The position numbers and the translations under genes were made by a program. From a phage: DNA of 64,000 nucleotides. Positions 60,656-64,000 of this stretch are shown here, one piece after another (position 1 is the first letter of the stretch; each line of letters begins with the position of its first letter). The notes below the pieces were generated by a model. That model ran no database searches. It saw only the letters and a program-made list of their open reading frames with translations, and was not told the origin of the DNA. Where the stretch lies: the sequence record OZ335960.1; one strand, 5' to 3'.

Positions 60656-61498
60656 TTAATCAACTGCTATTGGATGAATAGCATTAAACTTATGAAACGC
60701 TTCTGATTTTTCTTTGCGCGAAACACACATGCGAAGAACCTTTAATGGCTCGTCTTCTTCACCTAATGATTTTCGTTTTTCAATATTCGATGTTTTCCAA
60801 CGAGCTTGCTCTGGAAACTCTCTATTGATTTGCTCAAGCGCTCTATTATGTTTAGAATTACTACGAATTGAACTACATCCGCCTGGGGCTTGTGCTTTTC
60901 CAGATACAACCAGATATTTGAACAAGGCCAAATGCGGATAACCTTGATTAATTAAATTGAGAAATGCATACATATCTTCGCATAAATCAATTTTTCCATA
61001 CCCAATTTGTTCTGTTGTAAGTTTTCCAAGGTCATACCAGGTATTCGTGAATCCATATGAATTTTCACGATAATTACCCCAAGATGAAGTAATTTTAAAA
61101 ATAGGCAGACGAGCATGACCATGATAATACCCGCAATCCATGGCATCTTCAACGTATTGAATCAATTCATAGAACTGTTCACGAGTTAACTGATTAATTT
61201 TATCTACGCAGCGACGATCATCTTTCTTTCGCATTGAACTCATACGAATAGTAGTATCATCATCAATCATCCAAATTCGTTGACCTGCATACATATCAGT
61301 AATTGCTTTACGAGTACCAGCAATTCCGTTAACATCATCAGGAATAATTATAATTTTAGCTCTAGACCCGTAAGCGTCATAATAAGCTTTTTCTTCGTGT
61401 TCACGTACTACAATATGAGGTTCATAATCAGTCGGAAACATATCAAGGGCAGAAACTGCCCCTACGCGCTGATAGCTTGGAATTACGAATTGAATCAT
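60656..61498 (-). CDS. DxD-motif glycosyltransferase at the beta-gt locus (candidate beta-glucosyl-HMC-alpha-glucosyltransferase type)
   Basis: Track ORF (GTG at 61504) trimmed to ATG 61498, which overlaps the gene 42 stop (ATGA); 280 aa; IWMIDDDTT motif; unlike recalled T4 beta-gt. Confidence 0.5.
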   Translation of the reverse strand: MIQFVIPSYQRVGAVSALDMFPTDYEPHIVVREHEEKAYYDAYGSRAKIIIIPDDVNGIAGTRKAITDMYAGQRIWMIDDDTTIRMSSMRKKDDRRCVDKINQLTREQFYELIQYVEDAMDCGYYHGHARLPIFKITSSWGNYRENSYGFTNTWYDLGKLTTEQIGYGKIDLCEDMYAFLNLINQGYPHLALFKYLVVSGKAQAPGGCSSIRSNSKHNRALEQINREFPEQARWKTSNIEKRKSLGEEDEPLKVLRMCVSRKEKSEAFHKFNAIHPIAVD

Positions 61499-62235
61499 TT
61501 CCACTCACCGTTATAATCTTTTTTCGCAATATGAGTTTCGCCAGTTTTCCACCAATGGTCAACCAAATAAAAATGACGGGAATACACATGAAGGCTTCCG
61601 ACATTCCATATAATGGAACCTGCTTTATACTGACGAGTTGAATCACCTGCATTCAAATCAGATACTAATTTATCTAGTACGTATTTTTGCCACGCATAAT
61701 CATTACGGAATCCGAAGACCACGTCATTTGAACGCATGCTTACTACTGCATTGACTTTCTTATCACGAATCAGGTACTGTACTGTATTCGTACACATGAA
61801 ATCTGACATACCATCTTTACGATAGTCAAACTGCATGGATGGGCGAGTATAAATCATGATACCACGCCGAGAATCAGGATTTTGACCAAGTTCAAATAAA
61901 CACATATCATACTGGGCATAGTTATCTTCTGACCAGATGGCCCAACCATAATTCGAGTTAATTTCGCCTTTAGAAGATGCTACCTGCTGCCAAATCTTTG
62001 GTGTTTCGCCTGGAATATCTTTAACAAACAAACTTTTAGATTTATACCATTCAAGTTCACGCTGAATGTATTCATCATTAAGAGCGCCAAAAATAAACGG
62101 TTCATCTGCTACAAATGATGCACCAATAATTTCAATAGTTTTAACACCAGTTTTATCAACTACGAAATCTTTTTCCTTTAATGCAAGCCCCAAATGAAGA
62201 CGGATTTCTTCAACTGTCATAGAGTCACTAATCAT
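61495..62235 (-). CDS. 42: dCMP hydroxymethylase gp42
   Basis: 246 aa; ThyA-like fold. Confidence 0.9.
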   Translation of the reverse strand: MISDSMTVEEIRLHLGLALKEKDFVVDKTGVKTIEIIGASFVADEPFIFGALNDEYIQRELEWYKSKSLFVKDIPGETPKIWQQVASSKGEINSNYGWAIWSEDNYAQYDMCLFELGQNPDSRRGIMIYTRPSMQFDYRKDGMSDFMCTNTVQYLIRDKKVNAVVSMRSNDVVFGFRNDYAWQKYVLDKLVSDLNAGDSTRQYKAGSIIWNVGSLHVYSRHFYLVDHWWKTGETHIAKKDYNGEWK

Positions 62236-62388
62236 TTAAACCTCAATTGATACATTCATATTTAACTTGTAACAGTAATAAACCCCAACCTATAATAAGG
62301 GTCGGAATCATAAGAGGAACCGTTACGCTATAGTATATACTTATTATAATCATCAAGATTAAAAGCAATACTGCTAAAATTTTGCTTT

Positions 62389-62640
62389 TCATTCCTTCTC
62401 TCTGATGATAATTACTTGATTTTGCTGTGCGGATTTTTTAGTTTCACCCGCAATTGACCAAATAAAGGTAATAAACCAACCAATAATTGACCAATTAAAC
62501 AGTAAAGATGTGAAAAAGATTCCTACTGTCGATTTTGACCCACGCATCAAGGCGATGAACCATGGAAGCATGTATATAATAATAGCCAACACGCCTGAAA
62601 CTAAAACCATAAAAATTGAACCTGCTACTAAAGTTTCCAC
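62389..62640 (-). CDS. imm: Imm immunity (superinfection exclusion) membrane protein
   Basis: 83 aa, two TM helices. Confidence 0.85.
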   Translation of the reverse strand: METLVAGSIFMVLVSGVLAIIIYMLPWFIALMRGSKSTVGIFFTSLLFNWSIIGWFITFIWSIAGETKKSAQQNQVIIIREKE

Positions 62641-62647
62641 GTTTTCC

Positions 62648-63028
62648 TCACTTAATCAAATTTTTTACACATGAATTATAAGAATTCACTACATACTCCA
62701 TTGGAGCATTTTTACCAGTACGCCATTGATAATTATTAGCCCAATTAGCCCAAAGTTCGGCACAGTAGTTTTCAATTTTTTCTTCGCGTGTAATTACATC
62801 TGAATTACGATATGCTTGAGCAGATTCATCTGGACGAATAGCTTCGTCAAAATTCGCCTGCATTTGTTCTACTGTCTGTTTTGGAGCCTCTTTATAACAC
62901 TTAACGTTAGGATTATAAAATTTGCTTGAACAATTTACAATTTTTCCTGCGTCAGACTGATTTACTACTGATCCTTGAGCTACACAGCCAGTAAGACCCA
63001 ATGCAATAACCAAAATAGCGATTTTCAT
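62648..63028 (-). CDS. putative lipoprotein
   Basis: Track ORF reads through an early promoter; real start ATG 63028 gives 126 aa with signal peptide and lipobox (LTGC). Confidence 0.5.
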   Translation of the reverse strand: MKIAILVIALGLTGCVAQGSVVNQSDAGKIVNCSSKFYNPNVKCYKEAPKQTVEQMQANFDEAIRPDESAQAYRNSDVITREEKIENYCAELWANWANNYQWRTGKNAPMEYVVNSYNSCVKNLIK

Positions 63029-63062
63029 TTCATTCTCCAAATCCGTATCAGTTGATAGTTGT

Positions 63063-63091
63063 ATAGTACCACAGAGGAACAGTCTTGTAAA
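63063..63091 (-). promoter_or_regulatory. T4-type early promoter (conserved cassette copy)
   Basis: Same conserved cassette, TTTACA-17-TACTAT, upstream of the lipoprotein ORF. Confidence 0.6.
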
Positions 63092-63175
63092 CAGTTTTGT
63101 GAAAAAATTTTTAATGAATTTACAGGACCTAGAATCATCTATTTTTCTTAAGTATAGATTTATATTACTTGTATG

Positions 63176-63196
63176 AAAAAGGGACCCGGAGGTCCC
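63176..63196 (-). terminator. rho-independent terminator downstream of gene 43
   Basis: Minus strand GGGACC-UCCG-GGUCCC followed by UUUUU. Confidence 0.5.
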
Positions 63197-63209
63197 TAGA
63201 TTTATTCTA

Positions 63210-64000
63210 TCAGCCAAACAGGAAGTCTAACGAAGCTTTTTCCTCATAGTCCATACCTGCCGATTCACACATACCCGCAAGCGGTTTAACAAACGATTTT
63301 TGGAACAAAGTTGAGTAGTCAATCCAAGACAGTACGTCAGAACGAATTTCCTTTGGAAGTTCTGTGCCTGACGGCCAAGCAATGCACTTATCACCAAATG
63401 GATTTCCTTCACGTAATGGAAGAACCATTACCTTATTTCCATCCAAAATTGGAGCTACACCTAAACCGCTAACAGCTCGACGATAAGTTAGCACACCACG
63501 AATATGGAACGGACATTTAAATCCTGGCCAACCTTTATCATCATATTTCGCTATATCGTTCGCAGTTTTTACTTCAGCAATAACTTTATAGTCAAGTTGA
63601 CGATATTCTTTCTCAAAGTTCTTGTAGTATTCTTGGACAGACTCTTCGCCTTCCTGAAGAATACGACGAATACTTTCTTCGAGAGCTTCTTGCACTGCTT
63701 TTGGTGTTGAACTTTGCTGAGTTTCCATACCCATGATTTTTAGATGCGGTTCAGCAAATCGCTTATCTTCCATATCATAAACGTTCAGAGCATAACGTTT
63801 TTTCGCTTTCCAAAATCCACCAACACCCTTTGAACCAAGCGGAGGGCAAGAAATAGCTTCACGGTCCATATGCATCAGATGCTCGCGGTTATTCATATAG
63901 TCACATAACTCACGATATGCAACATCAATCATCGGTTCCATCTTTTTCTTACCGAACTGATTCATGAATTCAACTAAATCATTTTGTTCTTTAAAGCGGT
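63210..64000 (-). CDS. 43: DNA polymerase gp43, C-terminal part (gene continues beyond the window end)
   Basis: Frame open to the window edge; ends with the clamp-interaction tail SLDFLFG; terminator hairpin downstream. Confidence 0.85.
   Translation of the reverse strand, partial: RFKEQNDLVEFMNQFGKKKMEPMIDVAYRELCDYMNNREHLMHMDREAISCPPLGSKGVGGFWKAKKRYALNVYDMEDKRFAEPHLKIMGMETQQSSTPKAVQEALEESIRRILQEGEESVQEYYKNFEKEYRQLDYKVIAEVKTANDIAKYDDKGWPGFKCPFHIRGVLTYRRAVSGLGVAPILDGNKVMVLPLREGNPFGDKCIAWPSGTELPKEIRSDVLSWIDYSTLFQKSFVKPLAGMCESAGMDYEEKASLDFLFG

Noticed and set aside
18560-63100. The repeated 45-bp elements as a CRISPR array or transposon inverted repeats
   Set aside because: Copies are 0.5 to 27 kb apart, all in one orientation, each directly upstream of a gene with -35/-10 hexamers at 17-bp spacing; they are promoters, not a repeat-spacer array or mobile-element ends.

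Overview
This window reads as one contiguous stretch of a T-even (T4-like) myovirus genome, with gene content and order running cd, pseT, rnlA, denA, nrdB, nrdA, td, frd, 32, 59, 33, dsbA, rnh, 34-38, t, asiA, arn, motA, 52, stp, ndd, denB, rIIB, rIIA, 39, dexA, dda, modA, modB, soc, 56, 61, sp, dmd, 41, 40, uvsX, 42, imm and the 3' end of 43. Almost all early and middle genes sit on the minus strand; the late tail-fibre and holin block (34, 35, 36, 37, 38, t) sits on the plus strand. All family assignments are from motif-level reading and recalled T4 protein sequences, not from a database search. The phage is not T4 itself: td and nrdB are uninterrupted (no group I introns or intron endonucleases), gene 39 is one fused 605-aa ORF (no gene 60 split), the adhesin is a T2-type glycine-rich gp38, the glucosyltransferase next to gene 42 is not the T4 beta-gt type, and the 56-61 junction lacks the gene 69/dam segment. 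The most notable observation is a perfect 16-bp tandem duplication (28547-28578) that frameshifts the distal long-tail-fibre gene 37, which is itself unusually short (about 477 aa if the duplication is removed) and ends in an intramolecular-chaperone-like domain. Other points of interest are an extra ORF between frd and td, a NADAR-domain gene at the window start, a dense set of counter-defence genes (arn, stp-pseT-rnlA, dmd, modA/modB, sp, imm), about a dozen near-identical early promoters on the minus strand with UUCG-type terminator hairpins, and several small ORFs below the 60-aa track cutoff that I translated by hand. No rRNA, tRNA or CRISPR array was found.
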